From an uncultured Actinomycetes bacterium (GTDB lineage Bacteria; Actinomycetota; Acidimicrobiia; IMCC26256; PALSA-610): a stretch of DNA of 64,000 nucleotides. Positions within the stretch are counted from its first letter, which is position 1. Each line of letters starts with the position of its first letter. The translations under genes were made by a program, and so were the position numbers. The stretch is taken from NCBI GenBank assembly GCA_963835455.1, contig CAWIFT010000006.1, positions 204,503 through 268,502 on the forward strand, written 5' to 3'. Positions 32,041 to 42,544 of the stretch are shown here, one piece after another. Under the pieces are notes generated by a model. The model saw nothing but the letters and a program-made list of their open reading frames with translations. It was not told where the DNA came from and did not search any database.

Positions 32041-33363
32041 GCGCTGAATCGCCAGCGCGCGCAGCTTCGCGGCCCGGGCGGCCCGTTCGTCGAGCGGCAT
32101 CGAGAGCGCATCGTCGAGCACACCCGCGCACTGTTCGAGGTCGTACGGGTGCACCGCGAGTGCCGCGGGCTTCAACTCGTCGAACGCGCCCGTCTCGGGG
32201 GAGAGGCACAACACGCCGTCGCGCCGATTGATGGCCGGGCCTTCCTTGGCGACGAGGTTGAGCCCGTCGCGTATCGAGTTGACGAGCAACACGTCGTAGC
32301 GCTCCATCCCCGCGACCGAGCGGGCGAAGTCGTCGCGGTCGTCGAGCAGGATCGGTACCCAATCGCGCGTCGCCCAGCGGTCGTTGACACGCGCCACGAC
32401 CTGTTCGACCTCGTTCTCGTAGGCCAGGTAGTCGGCCAGGCCCTGCCGGGACGGGTACACCATCGCGACGAACACGACCCGACCGCGCAGTCCCGGGCGG
32501 GCTTCGAGGAGCCGGTCGAAGGCGAGGAAGCCGCGGATGATGTTCTTGGAAGGATCGACGCGATCGGTCCGCACGACCACGAGGCGATCGCCGACCACGT
32601 CGGCCAGATAGCTCGCGGCGGCGCGCGCGTCCGGTGAGGCCGCGGTTTCCTCGAGCGCGGCGACGTCGGGTCCGAGGCTCGCGGCGAAGGGTGCCGTGAT
32701 GGTGGCGTGTCCGCCGAGCGCGGCGCGGGCCGAGAGCCGGTAGGACTCGCCCCAGCGCTTGGTGTGGAAGCCGGCCGGGCCCGACGCGAGCGCCGCGCAC
32801 AGATCGGCGCCGATGTCGGTGGGGAGCATCGAGAAGTCGTCGGGGCCGGCGAACGGCGTGTGGGTGAAGTGCACGACCCGCAGGTCGGGCCGCTGCGCGC
32901 GCAGCTGCCCCGCGACGAGGGTCAGCTGGAAATCCTGCACGAGGACGATGTCGTTCGCCGCGGCCGTCTCCACGACCGCGTCGGTGAAGCACTGGTTCAC
33001 CGCGACGAACGCGTTCCACGCGTCGCGGAACCGGAGATCGAACCGCGGCCGGCGGGCGTGGTCGAACATCCCGTGGTGCAGGAACCACAACACGCCGTTG
33101 GCGACGACGTCGTAGTGCATCCGGTGTTGTTCGTGATCGAGGTCGAGCAGCCGGACCTTGAGCTCGAGGCCCGCCGTGACGCCGGTGCGTTCGGCCTCGC
33201 AGTCGTCGTCCGACATTGCCGCCGCGATCCACGTCGCCTGCGGATTGTCGGTGAGCAGCGGCGACAGCGCGCTGACGATGCCGCCCGCGCCGCGGTGCGC
33301 GCCGAGATCGCCGTTCTCGTCGCGGCTGAATTGATACGGGCCCCGATGCGATACGACGATCAC
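31993..33363 (-). CDS. otsA: alpha,alpha-trehalose-phosphate synthase
   Basis: 456 aa with MIVVSHRGPY, NGVLWFLHH, VQDFQLTLV, RVDPSKNI and NSIRDGLNLVAKE. Confidence 0.88.
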   Translation of the reverse strand: MIVVSHRGPYQFSRDENGDLGAHRGAGGIVSALSPLLTDNPQATWIAAAMSDDDCEAERTGVTAGLELKVRLLDLDHEQHRMHYDVVANGVLWFLHHGMFDHARRPRFDLRFRDAWNAFVAVNQCFTDAVVETAAANDIVLVQDFQLTLVAGQLRAQRPDLRVVHFTHTPFAGPDDFSMLPTDIGADLCAALASGPAGFHTKRWGESYRLSARAALGGHATITAPFAASLGPDVAALEETAASPDARAAASYLADVVGDRLVVVRTDRVDPSKNIIRGFLAFDRLLEARPGLRGRVVFVAMVYPSRQGLADYLAYENEVEQVVARVNDRWATRDWVPILLDDRDDFARSVAGMERYDVLLVNSIRDGLNLVAKEGPAINRRDGVLCLSPETGAFDELKPAALAVHPYDLEQCAGVLDDALSMPLDERAARAAKLRALAIQRSPADWLADLLREAGQ

Positions 33364-33376
33364 CGGGATGCCGCCG

Positions 33377-34624
33377 TCATCGCAGCTCGGAGTAGATGCG
33401 CAGCCAGTCCTCGAGCTCGCGCGTCGAGAGGAACTTCTGGCGCACGATCTCGCGGCCCGCGGTGCCCATTGCGCTCGCCCGCTCCGGGTCGCGCAAGAGG
33501 TCCGCCGTCCGCTTGGCGGCCGTCTCGACGTCGTCGACGAGGAAGCCGTTCACGGCGTCTTCGATCTGCAAGGTGATGCCGCCGCAGCGCCCGCCGATGA
33601 CGGGCCGGCCCTTCCACAGGCCTTCGCTGACGGTGAGCCCGAAGCCCTCGCGTAGCGACTTCTGCAACACGACGTCGGCCGAGCGCTGGAACGCGTTGAT
33701 CTGCACGTTGCCGACCTGCTGGATGTTCGAGAGCAGGTGCACGTTCTCGTCGCCGTGGCGCGCTTCGTCGGCCAGTTCCCAATAGTGGAAGCCCTCCGGG
33801 TCGTCGGTCGCCATCGAACCCGCGAGCACGAGTTGGACGTTCGGGAACTCCTCGCGCACGATCCGGTACGCCTCGATCACGCCGATCGGGTCTTTCCACG
33901 GATCGAACCGGCTCACCTGGACGAGCAGCGGATCGTTCGGCCGCACGCCGTACTGCTTCACGATCTCCGTCATGAACGGGTCGGGAAGATCGAGGTTCTT
34001 CACCGAGAGCGGGTCGATGCAGGGCGGCGCAATGATGGTGCGGTCCTTCGGCATCGAGTCCGGGATGAACTGCGGCATCGTCCACACCGACGCGTCGTAC
34101 TGCTCGACGAACGGACGAAAGAACTCGAACACCTGCGGGTTCGCATCGGTGAGATCGATGTGACAACGCCAGATCCACTTCGTGCTCTCCGGCGCGACAC
34201 CGTGACCGCGCGCGTAGTCGCGCATCGCGGCCGGCTGCGGGTCGTGGATGACGACGAAGTCCCACTCGCCCTCGAGTTGCAACGCGTTGTCGAGCACACG
34301 TTCGAGGTAGATGTGCTCCATCTGTGGTGTCCACTCCACGTCGGCGCCCTGCAGCGCGTTGTGCACCGTCTTGGTCACCGCGAAGAACTCGTCGCTGCCG
34401 TGGATGACGTGCCATTCCGCGTCTATTCCCACGTCTCGCAGCAAGGCAACGTGGGTTGCGAGAAGCTCCGCGACGCCGCCGCCGTACGCGGTTGCGTTCA
34501 GGTGGAGCACCCGGGCGCCGCGCAACGGCTCGGCGAGAGCCCGGATCCGTTCGATGGTCCCGGGTTCGACCACGTCGGCGTAGTCGTCGAGGTGCTTGTC
34601 GAGCAGGGGCACGCGTTCGAGCAA
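33377..34624 (-). CDS. GT4 glycosyltransferase, trehalose synthase TreT-like
   Basis: A TTG start at 34624 gives 415 aa (alternative GTG at 34612). Contains LHLNATAYGGGVAELL and EGFGLTVSEGLWKGRPVI. It lies 13 bp upstream of otsA on the same strand. The rest of ORF 33377..35539 is antisense to the glycerate kinase gene. Confidence 0.6.
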   Translation of the reverse strand: MLERVPLLDKHLDDYADVVEPGTIERIRALAEPLRGARVLHLNATAYGGGVAELLATHVALLRDVGIDAEWHVIHGSDEFFAVTKTVHNALQGADVEWTPQMEHIYLERVLDNALQLEGEWDFVVIHDPQPAAMRDYARGHGVAPESTKWIWRCHIDLTDANPQVFEFFRPFVEQYDASVWTMPQFIPDSMPKDRTIIAPPCIDPLSVKNLDLPDPFMTEIVKQYGVRPNDPLLVQVSRFDPWKDPIGVIEAYRIVREEFPNVQLVLAGSMATDDPEGFHYWELADEARHGDENVHLLSNIQQVGNVQINAFQRSADVVLQKSLREGFGLTVSEGLWKGRPVIGGRCGGITLQIEDAVNGFLVDDVETAAKRTADLLRDPERASAMGTAGREIVRQKFLSTRELEDWLRIYSELR

Positions 34625-34676
34625 CTGGGCTCCCGGGGGGCGGCGCGGAGTGCGGACAGGCGACAATCTATTCGCT

Positions 34677-35729
34677 ATGCCCTTGGCCCCCCTGACCCGC
34701 GCTGTGGTCTGTCCCGACAAGTTCCGAGGATCACTCCGGGCGGACGAGGTCGCGAGCGCGATGGCCCAGGGCGTGCGCGGCGCGGGCTTCGACGAGGTCG
34801 TCGAGATGCCCCTTGCCGACGGCGGGGAGGGAACGCTCGACACGTTGCTCGCCGCGCGCGGCGGTTCGCGGCGCACGACCCGCGTCACCGGTCCGCTCGG
34901 CGAACCCGTTGACGCGCACTGGGGCGTGTTGACCGGCGGGCTCGCGATCATCGAGATGGCACAAGCCAGCGGACTCGCGTTGGTGCACGGCCAGAACGAT
35001 CCGTTGCGCGCCAGCACGCGCGGTACCGGCGAGTTGATCGCGGCCGTGCGCGCGCAGGGCTTCAACCGCGTCGTCGTCGCGGTCGGCGGGAGTGCGACGA
35101 CCGACGGCGGGCTCGCCGCGGTCGAGGCACTCGGTTGGTCGTTGCAGGGCATGAAGGTGACCGTCGCGTGCGACGTCGAAACGTCGTTCACGGACGCCGC
35201 GAGCGTGTACGGCCCGCAGAAGGGTGCGAGCGGCGCGCAGGTGGCGCTGCTCACGCGGCGGCTGCAGACGTTGTCCGAGCAGTACCGGTCGCGGACCGGC
35301 GTCGACGTGACCCAGCTCACGGGTGCGGGCGCGGCGGGCGGGCTCGCCGGTGGCCTCGCCGCGATCGGCGCGGAGCTCGCGCCGGGCTTCGAAGTCGTCG
35401 CGGAGGCGGTCGGGCTCGAAGCCGCGTTCGAAGGCGCCGACCTCGCGATCACCGGTGAGGGCAAGCTCGACGCGTCGAGCCTCGCGGGCAAGGTCGTCGG
35501 CGGTGTGCTCGCGTGGGCGGACGAGCTCGGCGTCGCCAATGTTGCGATCGTCGCCGGCCAGGCGACCGACGACGCACGCGCGGCCCTCGCGGAGCATGCG
35601 GGGGTTCAGGTGCTCGCGCTCACCGATCGCGTGTGGCAGTCGAGCGAGACGTACACGCGCACCGCGTTGCTCGTCGAGGAAGCCGCTATCGAGGCGGCGA
35701 GAAACGCGCTCGGTACGCCGGCACCGTGA
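34677..35729 (+). CDS. glycerate kinase
   Basis: ATG at 34677 gives 350 aa. Contains PDKFRGSL, PLADGGEGT, GGSATTDGG and TGEGKLDASSLAGKVV. Confidence 0.82.
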   Translation: MPLAPLTRAVVCPDKFRGSLRADEVASAMAQGVRGAGFDEVVEMPLADGGEGTLDTLLAARGGSRRTTRVTGPLGEPVDAHWGVLTGGLAIIEMAQASGLALVHGQNDPLRASTRGTGELIAAVRAQGFNRVVVAVGGSATTDGGLAAVEALGWSLQGMKVTVACDVETSFTDAASVYGPQKGASGAQVALLTRRLQTLSEQYRSRTGVDVTQLTGAGAAGGLAGGLAAIGAELAPGFEVVAEAVGLEAAFEGADLAITGEGKLDASSLAGKVVGGVLAWADELGVANVAIVAGQATDDARAALAEHAGVQVLALTDRVWQSSETYTRTALLVEEAAIEAARNALGTPAP

Positions 35730-36540
35730 CGATCGGTTCGCGCTCGCGCACCTCGACCGGCTCCGCGACAACCGTTCCGTCCGGTGACGCGCGCAGCAAC
35801 TCGACGAGCGGCGCCATCTCCTCGGGCAGGAGTCCCGAGCGGCGCAGCGCGATCGCCATGACCGCGAGCGCCTGAGGGCCCAGCTCGTCGAGAGGTCGGT
35901 TGCGGTGCTCGCGCACGTCGAGATCCACCTGCGCGACCGCGTCGCGCCCGAACCGCTCGACGAGGTCGATGAGCAGGCCGAGCTCCACGCCCCAACCTTC
36001 GACGAACGGGACGACTTCGAGCGCGCTGCGCCGCGCCGCGTATTCACCGCCGAGCGGTTGCACGATGTCGGCCAGCTTGGGGAAGAGCAGCGAGAGCAGT
36101 GGTCGCGCGACGAGCTCGGTGACGCGACCGCCGCCCGTCGGCGCGCCCTCGAACGAGCGCGTGGAGTACGCCTTGACGAACATCGTGTCGGGCTGAGCGA
36201 GCAGCGGCGCACACAGCCGCTCGACGTACTCACCGCGGAAGTTGCGCAGGTCGGCGTCGACCCAGCAGATGATGTCGCCGTTGCACGCGTACAACGACTT
36301 CCACATCGCGTTGCCCTTCCCCGACCCGGGCCCGGTCTCGGGCAGCACCGACGCCTCGCGGACGACGCGTGCCCCGGCCGCGCGTGCGACCGCGGCAGTG
36401 TCGTCGGTGGACCCGTCGTCGAGGACCACGACCTCGGACACGAGCTCGAGGCGCACCGCTTCGGCGACGATGGCGCCGATGGTCGCCGCTTCGTCACGCG
36501 CCGGCAGGCACACGGACACGCCGGAGGCGCCTATTGCCAT
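35686..36540 (-). CDS. gpgS: glucosyl-3-phosphoglycerate synthase (GT81)
   Basis: ATG at 36540 gives 284 aa. Contains VCLPARDEAATIG, VVLDDGSTDDT, GKGNAMW, WVDADL and GGEYAARR, resembling mycobacterial GpgS. Confidence 0.75.
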   Translation of the reverse strand: MAIGASGVSVCLPARDEAATIGAIVAEAVRLELVSEVVVLDDGSTDDTAAVARAAGARVVREASVLPETGPGSGKGNAMWKSLYACNGDIICWVDADLRNFRGEYVERLCAPLLAQPDTMFVKAYSTRSFEGAPTGGGRVTELVARPLLSLLFPKLADIVQPLGGEYAARRSALEVVPFVEGWGVELGLLIDLVERFGRDAVAQVDLDVREHRNRPLDELGPQALAVMAIALRRSGLLPEEMAPLVELLRASPDGTVVAEPVEVREREPIVTVPAYRARFSPPR

Positions 36541-36581
36541 GCGGGCAGAGTACGGGAATCTGTTATTCTCCCCGTCAACGC

Positions 36582-36690
36582 GCTCATCGAGAGCGGCCGA
36601 GGGACAGGCCCTTTGACGCCGCGGCAACCAGCGAAGACCCCGGGTACTGCCCGAAGGTCCGAGCCAGGTGCCAATGCCTGACCGATGAGC
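36582..36690 (+). promoter_or_regulatory. SAM-I (S-box) riboswitch aptamer
   Basis: P1 is GCTCATCG/CGATGAGC. Conserved core strings appear in the right order: ATCGAGAG-GG-GAGGGA-GGCCC-TGA-GCC-GGCAACC...GGTGCCAA-CC...GATGAG. It ends 78 nt upstream of the ThrC-like ATG. Confidence 0.85.
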
Positions 36691-36767
36691 AGCCAAAGAG
36701 CGGCCTCCAGATAGAGGACAGCCGCTCGAGGCGCTCGGAGCGCGTCGAGACAAAGGGAGACGCTCCG

Positions 36768-38003
36768 ATGGTTCATGTACAAGGCCTCCGCTGCCGAGAG
36801 TGCGGTCGCGAGTACGACGCGGCCCCGATCTTCACGTGCGAGTGGTGCTTCGGGCCGCTCGAGGTGGCATACGACTACGACGCGATCAAGGCGTCGGTCA
36901 CGCGCGAGAAGATCGCGGCGGGGCCGCTCAGCCTGTGGCGCTACTCCGACCTGTTGCCGGTGGAAGCCGACACTGCGGTCGACCTCGGCACGGGTTTCAC
37001 GCCGCTCGTGCGCGCCGACCGGCTCGCGGCCGAGCTCGGCCTCGGTGAGGTGTGGCTGAAGAACGACACCCGCAACCCGACGAACTCGTTCAAGGATCGC
37101 GTGGTGTCGGTCGCGCTGAGCAAGGCCCTCGAGTTCGGTTTCAAGGTCGCGGCCTGCGCGTCGACCGGCAACCTCGCGAACTCCGTTGCCGCGCACGCGG
37201 CGCGGGCCGGTCTGAAGAGTTACGTGTTCATCCCCGCCGATCTCGAGCAGGGGAAGATCGTCACGACCGCGGTGTACGGCGGCAACCTCGTTGCGATCAA
37301 GGGCAACTACGACGACGTCAACCGCCTGTGCGCGGAGCTCGCGGGCATCTACGAGTGGGCGTTCGTCAACGTCAACATGCGGCCGTACTACGCGGAAGGT
37401 TCGAAGACGCTCGCGTTCGAAACCGCGGAGCAGCTCGGCTGGAGCCTTCCGGACCACGTCGTCGTACCGGTCGCGAGCGGTTCGCTGCTGACGAAGATCC
37501 GCAAGGGCTTCGACGAGCTGTACAAGGTCGGGCTGCTCGACGCCGAGCCGCAGGTGCGCGTGTCGGGCGCGCAGGCACTCGGTTGCTCGCCGGTCGCGGA
37601 GGCGTTCATCGAGAAGGCCGACACGATCAAGCCCGTGAAGCCCGCCACGATCGCCAAGTCGCTCGCCATCGGCAATCCGGCCGACGGCTACTTCGCGCTC
37701 GACGTCGTGCGATCGACCGGCGGCGGGTTCGGCGCGGTCACCGACGACGAGATCGTCGACGGGATGCGCCTGCTCGCGCGTACCGAGGGGATCTTCGCCG
37801 AGACCGCGGGCGGTGTGACGATCGCGACGTTGAAGAAGCTCGCGGCCGACGGTGTGATCCGCCCCGACGAGCGCGTCGTCGTCTACATCACGGGGCACGG
37901 TCTGAAGACGCTCGAAGCGGTTTCCGGTCAGTGCGGACCCACCGCGACGATCGCACCCACTCTCGACGCGTTCCACGAAGCGTTCGACATCGAGGAGTCG
38001 TAA
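36768..38003 (+). CDS. threonine-synthase-family PLP enzyme with N-terminal Cys4 ribbon (MetM-like candidate)
   Basis: 411 aa. N-terminal ribbon is CRECG...CEWC. The PLP-lysine region is NPTNSFKDR. Also has GNLANSVAAHAA and SGSLL. It is preceded by the SAM riboswitch. Confidence 0.8.
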   Translation: MVHVQGLRCRECGREYDAAPIFTCEWCFGPLEVAYDYDAIKASVTREKIAAGPLSLWRYSDLLPVEADTAVDLGTGFTPLVRADRLAAELGLGEVWLKNDTRNPTNSFKDRVVSVALSKALEFGFKVAACASTGNLANSVAAHAARAGLKSYVFIPADLEQGKIVTTAVYGGNLVAIKGNYDDVNRLCAELAGIYEWAFVNVNMRPYYAEGSKTLAFETAEQLGWSLPDHVVVPVASGSLLTKIRKGFDELYKVGLLDAEPQVRVSGAQALGCSPVAEAFIEKADTIKPVKPATIAKSLAIGNPADGYFALDVVRSTGGGFGAVTDDEIVDGMRLLARTEGIFAETAGGVTIATLKKLAADGVIRPDERVVVYITGHGLKTLEAVSGQCGPTATIAPTLDAFHEAFDIEES

Positions 38004-38022
38004 ACACCATGATCGGGTTGGC

Positions 38023-38298
38023 ATGAGCGTCACCGTCCGCATCCCCACGCAGCTGCGCAGCCTCTCGGCCAACGAGTCCGAGGTCCAGGTCGAGGCCGGG
38101 ACCGTGGCCGAGGCGTTGAAGGCGCTCGAGGCCGCGCATCCCGGATTCTCGGAGCGGTTGTTCGACGAGACCGGCGGGCTGCGGCGTTTCGTCAACGTCT
38201 TTCTCGCCGACGAAGACATTCGCTTCCTGCAGGGCGTCGACTCGGTGGTCACCGACGGGCAGACGATCAGCATCGTTCCGGCCGTCGCCGGCGGCTGA
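38023..38298 (+). CDS. ThiS/MoaD/CysO-type sulfur-carrier protein
   Basis: A 91-aa ORF of beta-grasp-like size ending ...ISIVPAVAGG-stop. It starts 19 nt after the ThrC-like gene. Confidence 0.75.
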   Translation: MSVTVRIPTQLRSLSANESEVQVEAGTVAEALKALEAAHPGFSERLFDETGGLRRFVNVFLADEDIRFLQGVDSVVTDGQTISIVPAVAGG

Positions 38299-38812
38299 GT
38301 GGGCGGTTGCCCGACGCTCGAAACGGAACGGCTGATACTGCGGCCGTTCCGTGAGGACGACACGGACGCGTACGCCGCGTTGTTGCAAACCCCGCAAGTC
38401 CGCGCGGCGTTGCACCTGCCCGACGACATCGGTCGCTACGACGCGTGGCTCGGGTTGGCGAAGTGGCTCGGCCAGTGGGAGTTGCGCGACACCGGGCAGT
38501 GGGCGCTCGAGGAGAAGGCGTCGGGCGCGTTCGTCGGGACGCGCGGGTTCGCATTTTCCCGCGCGAGGACTGGCCCGGTATCGAGATCGGCTGGGCACTG
38601 CACCCCGACCACTGGGGCAAGGGTTACGCAACCGAAGCCGGCGCGACCGCAATCGAATACGTGTTCGCGCATCACGACGTCGACGCGGTCTACAGCGTGA
38701 TCCTGCCGGAGAACACCGCGTCGCAGGCGGTCGCCAAACGACTCGGCTTCACGTTGTACGAGACGCGCGCGCTTTCACACTTCCCGTCCATGGAGCACGG
38801 GATCTGGAAGCT

Positions 38813-38831
<19 letters not shown>
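38299..38831 (+). pseudogene. GNAT (RimJ/RimL-type) N-acetyltransferase, frame-disrupted near 38557
   Basis: ORF 38299..38700 carries LETERLILRPFREDD...WALEEKASGAFVGT. ORF 38445..38831 carries FPREDWPGIEIGWALHPDHWGKGYATEA. The junction falls at GCATTTTCCC. Confidence 0.75.
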
Positions 38832-41274
<2,443 letters not shown>

Positions 41275-41301
41275 GTCCGGCCCTCGGCTTCAGCACTCCT
41301 T

Positions 41302-41327
41302 GCGGGGCGCCCTTCGGGGCGCCCCGC
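41302..41327 (+). terminator. GC-rich hairpin after groEL
   Basis: GCGGGGCGCCC-TTCG-GGGCGCCCCGC gives an 11-bp stem with a UUCG loop, 28 nt after the stop codon. No clear U-tract follows. Confidence 0.5.
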
Positions 41328-41354
41328 TCGCGTCTCCGCCCAGTAACTGGCAAT

Positions 41355-41474
41355 TCTCACTCCTCCGGGTCGATTCCGAGCTCCGCTCCCGTGCGGTCGC
41401 TGCGCCCTCATCTCACTCCTCCGGGTCGATTCCGGGCTCCGCTCCCGTGCGGTCGCTGCGCCCTCATCTCACTC
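41355..41474. repeat. 56-bp tandem repeat, 2.1 copies
   Basis: The unit TCTCACTCCTCCGGGTCGATTCCG(A/G)GCTCCGCTCCCGTGCGGTCGCTGCGCCCTCA occurs at 41355 and 41411, with a partial third copy at 41467-41474. Confidence 0.9.
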
Positions 41475-41544
41475 TGAGTGACGCCCCGAGGCTCTTGGGC
41501 AGTACCATTGACCAGGGATTTTGGGTGGCCACGGAGGGGCGGGG

Positions 41545-42495
41545 ATGTTTGGTTCGCGGCGCGTGCTCGCGGCCGTCTGCATCGGTGTCGGTCTGTTCGG
41601 CGCGGGCTGCGGCGGCCGGGACTTCGCCCGCCGCTCGAGCCCGGCGAAGCCCGCGGCCGCCATCACCACCGCGCCGGTCCCGGTCGCGCACGACCCGCGT
41701 CTGCAGGCCGCGCTGTTGCATGCGGTGACCCTCACCACGGCGGTGCACACCGCGCGTACCTCGATCTCGGTGACGGTCACCGGCCGGGGGGACGAGGCGC
41801 TGGCGACCGGCGCGTTCAACATCGCCGGGAACGGCGTCGTCGATTTCGCCAACGGCAATACCGACCTCTCACTCAGCATCCCACTCTTCGATCGACTCGG
41901 TGGCGGTGGCGTCGTCGAACAGCGGGTCGTCGGCGGCGTCGTGTACACGAAGTTGCCGCCCGACGTGCTCCGGTTCGCGGGCATGCCGGCCGCGGTGCGT
42001 TGGGTCAGCCTCGATCCGCAGAAGGTCGGCTCCGATCTGTCGGCGCTGTCGCAGGCGCAGGCCGACCCCGCCGGCCAACTCGCGTTCCTGGCCGCGATCT
42101 CGACCGATGTCCGCCGGGTGGGATCCGCATCGGTGCGGAGTGTGCCGACGACGCACTACGCGGCGACGGTCGACCTCGGAGCCGACGACCGGAGTGCCCG
42201 CCGCGTCGCCGCCGTCGGCGCGAAGCTCGCCCAGTTCGGCGCGGTGATCGGTACCCACCGGCTCGCGGTCGACGTGTGGATCGACGGCGCCCGCCGGGCC
42301 CGCCGGGTCGTGGTCTCGGTGCCGCTTTCGGCCAATTCGGCCGCCCCGGCGATCAAGGCCCTCGGCTCCGACGCCACGATGAGGATTCAGAGCGACTACT
42401 TCTCCTTCGGTGCGCCCGTCCGGGTCGCGGCTCCTCCACACGCGGAGGTGCGCCCGTACGACGCGTTGCGGATCGACGCCGCCGGCAACGGCTGA
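41545..42495 (+). CDS. secreted lipoprotein, paralog A (LppX/LprAFG-like fold, tentative)
   Basis: ATG at 41545 with signal peptide and lipobox GLFGAGC. It shares blocks with the next gene (TAR..V..TG.G, VVG..VY.K, VR..TT.Y.ATVD, V.VW.D, FGAPV.V). Confidence 0.6.
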   Translation: MFGSRRVLAAVCIGVGLFGAGCGGRDFARRSSPAKPAAAITTAPVPVAHDPRLQAALLHAVTLTTAVHTARTSISVTVTGRGDEALATGAFNIAGNGVVDFANGNTDLSLSIPLFDRLGGGGVVEQRVVGGVVYTKLPPDVLRFAGMPAAVRWVSLDPQKVGSDLSALSQAQADPAGQLAFLAAISTDVRRVGSASVRSVPTTHYAATVDLGADDRSARRVAAVGAKLAQFGAVIGTHRLAVDVWIDGARRARRVVVSVPLSANSAAPAIKALGSDATMRIQSDYFSFGAPVRVAAPPHAEVRPYDALRIDAAGNG

Positions 42496-42544
42496 CCCGG
42501 CGCCGGCGCTCAGGCCCGGGCGCAGTCGCACCGATATCTCCGGG

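Noticed and set aside
36698-36727. Intrinsic terminator as the riboswitch expression platform.
   Set aside because: The GAGCGGC/GCCGCTC stem is not followed by a U-tract. The mechanism, transcriptional or translational, is left open.
41355-41474. Possible CRISPR array. This also applies to the repeats at 19417-19504, 22934-23005 and 54194-54241.
   Set aside because: The repeats are directly adjacent with no spacers, only 2-4 units occur, and no cas genes are present.
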